A DNA stretch of 64,000 nt from contig JBFLGF010000089.1 of assembly GCA_050230475.1 (NCBI GenBank), forward strand, positions 1 through 64,000. Direction: 5' to 3'. How positions within the stretch are numbered: position 1 is the first letter of the stretch; every line of letters starts with the position of its first letter. Shown here one piece after another: positions 63,310 to 64,000 of this stretch. A program made the position numbers and the translations under genes. The notes beneath the pieces are model-generated. The model was given only the letters and a program-made list of their open reading frames with translations, was not told the DNA's origin and did not search any database. This stretch comes from Ancylonema sp. (lineage: Eukaryota).

Positions 63310-64000
63310 CCCATGACCCTGAGGTAGGAATCCGGAAATAAATAGGCAGCCGAAATTCGGGTTAAAAACCCGCCTCGTACTTGGAAATATCCGGTTTTTT
63401 TGGTGTTTCAAAGTATCTATGAATTTTTCCGAATATTTATATCGAATCAACGAACTTGTGCGGCCTGGCCTTGAGCCCCAAAACCCTCGTTGTGAAGGGT
63501 GAAAACCCTATCTCCTGTCCCCTTGTCGATGGCCTCCACACTATGGTGGTTACTTTTAATGAAATTACTTCGTGAATAAATTTGTCGATTTGAGATTTGC
63601 ATTATGCCGGTAGCAACATGGAGACCAATCAGGGTGTTCGTGCACATTTTCAATCTCCTTTCCAATTGTTTAAAAAGGGATTACATCGATGACATGGCAA
63701 ATAGGCGCATCATAACAAACAAAAGAACGATTTGTATATCGCGCATCACACATATATCATACAAGCGTCTTCCAAACATCATGTGAGTCTCCAACACATC
63801 TTAGATACTAGAAGTCCACAACTGTGAAATGTAAAATTCGACGTGGCGGGCACTCGTGGTGATCCCCGATCCAGATTTTGTCGTGTAGCGTCGGCAATCG
63901 CAACCTCCCACGACGTGGAAGATACGTATAAATGTACGGACATGTAAATACGTGTATGAATCTGTACGGATTCCGTACATTATTCGTTTACACTTTCGCG

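Overview
Eukaryotic, intron-rich DNA from a green plant lineage. The land-plant-type genes (TMEM214/DUF2359, SGS3, HCF152) and the G-tract-rich introns suggest a streptophyte alga or early-diverging plant; this is an inference. The centrepiece is a compact RNA-silencing cluster. Two tandem RDR6-like RNA-dependent RNA polymerase genes lie on the minus strand (~14.4-20.2 kb and 26.0-33.0 kb), and an SGS3 gene (35.3-40.7 kb) sits head-to-head with the intact copy. Both RDRs carry DFDGD instead of the DLDGD expected for RDR1/2/6. The proximal copy has a ~300-aa acidic Gly/Glu insertion. The distal copy has an in-frame TGA just before the catalytic motif, a probable 5' frameshift and a hAT insertion at its 5' end. 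Other genes are TMEM214-like, a membrane-anchored coiled-coil protein, a 3-exon SVIP-like microprotein that the ORF track misses, a TPR protein and the PPR protein HCF152. Intergenic DNA is full of hAT elements and MITEs with 8-bp TSDs, including a four-level nested stack at 47.2-49.4 kb, plus an integrase-deleted Ty1/copia LTR retrotransposon at 56.6-61.7 kb. Exon boundaries were read by eye and family calls come from remembered motifs, not database searches.
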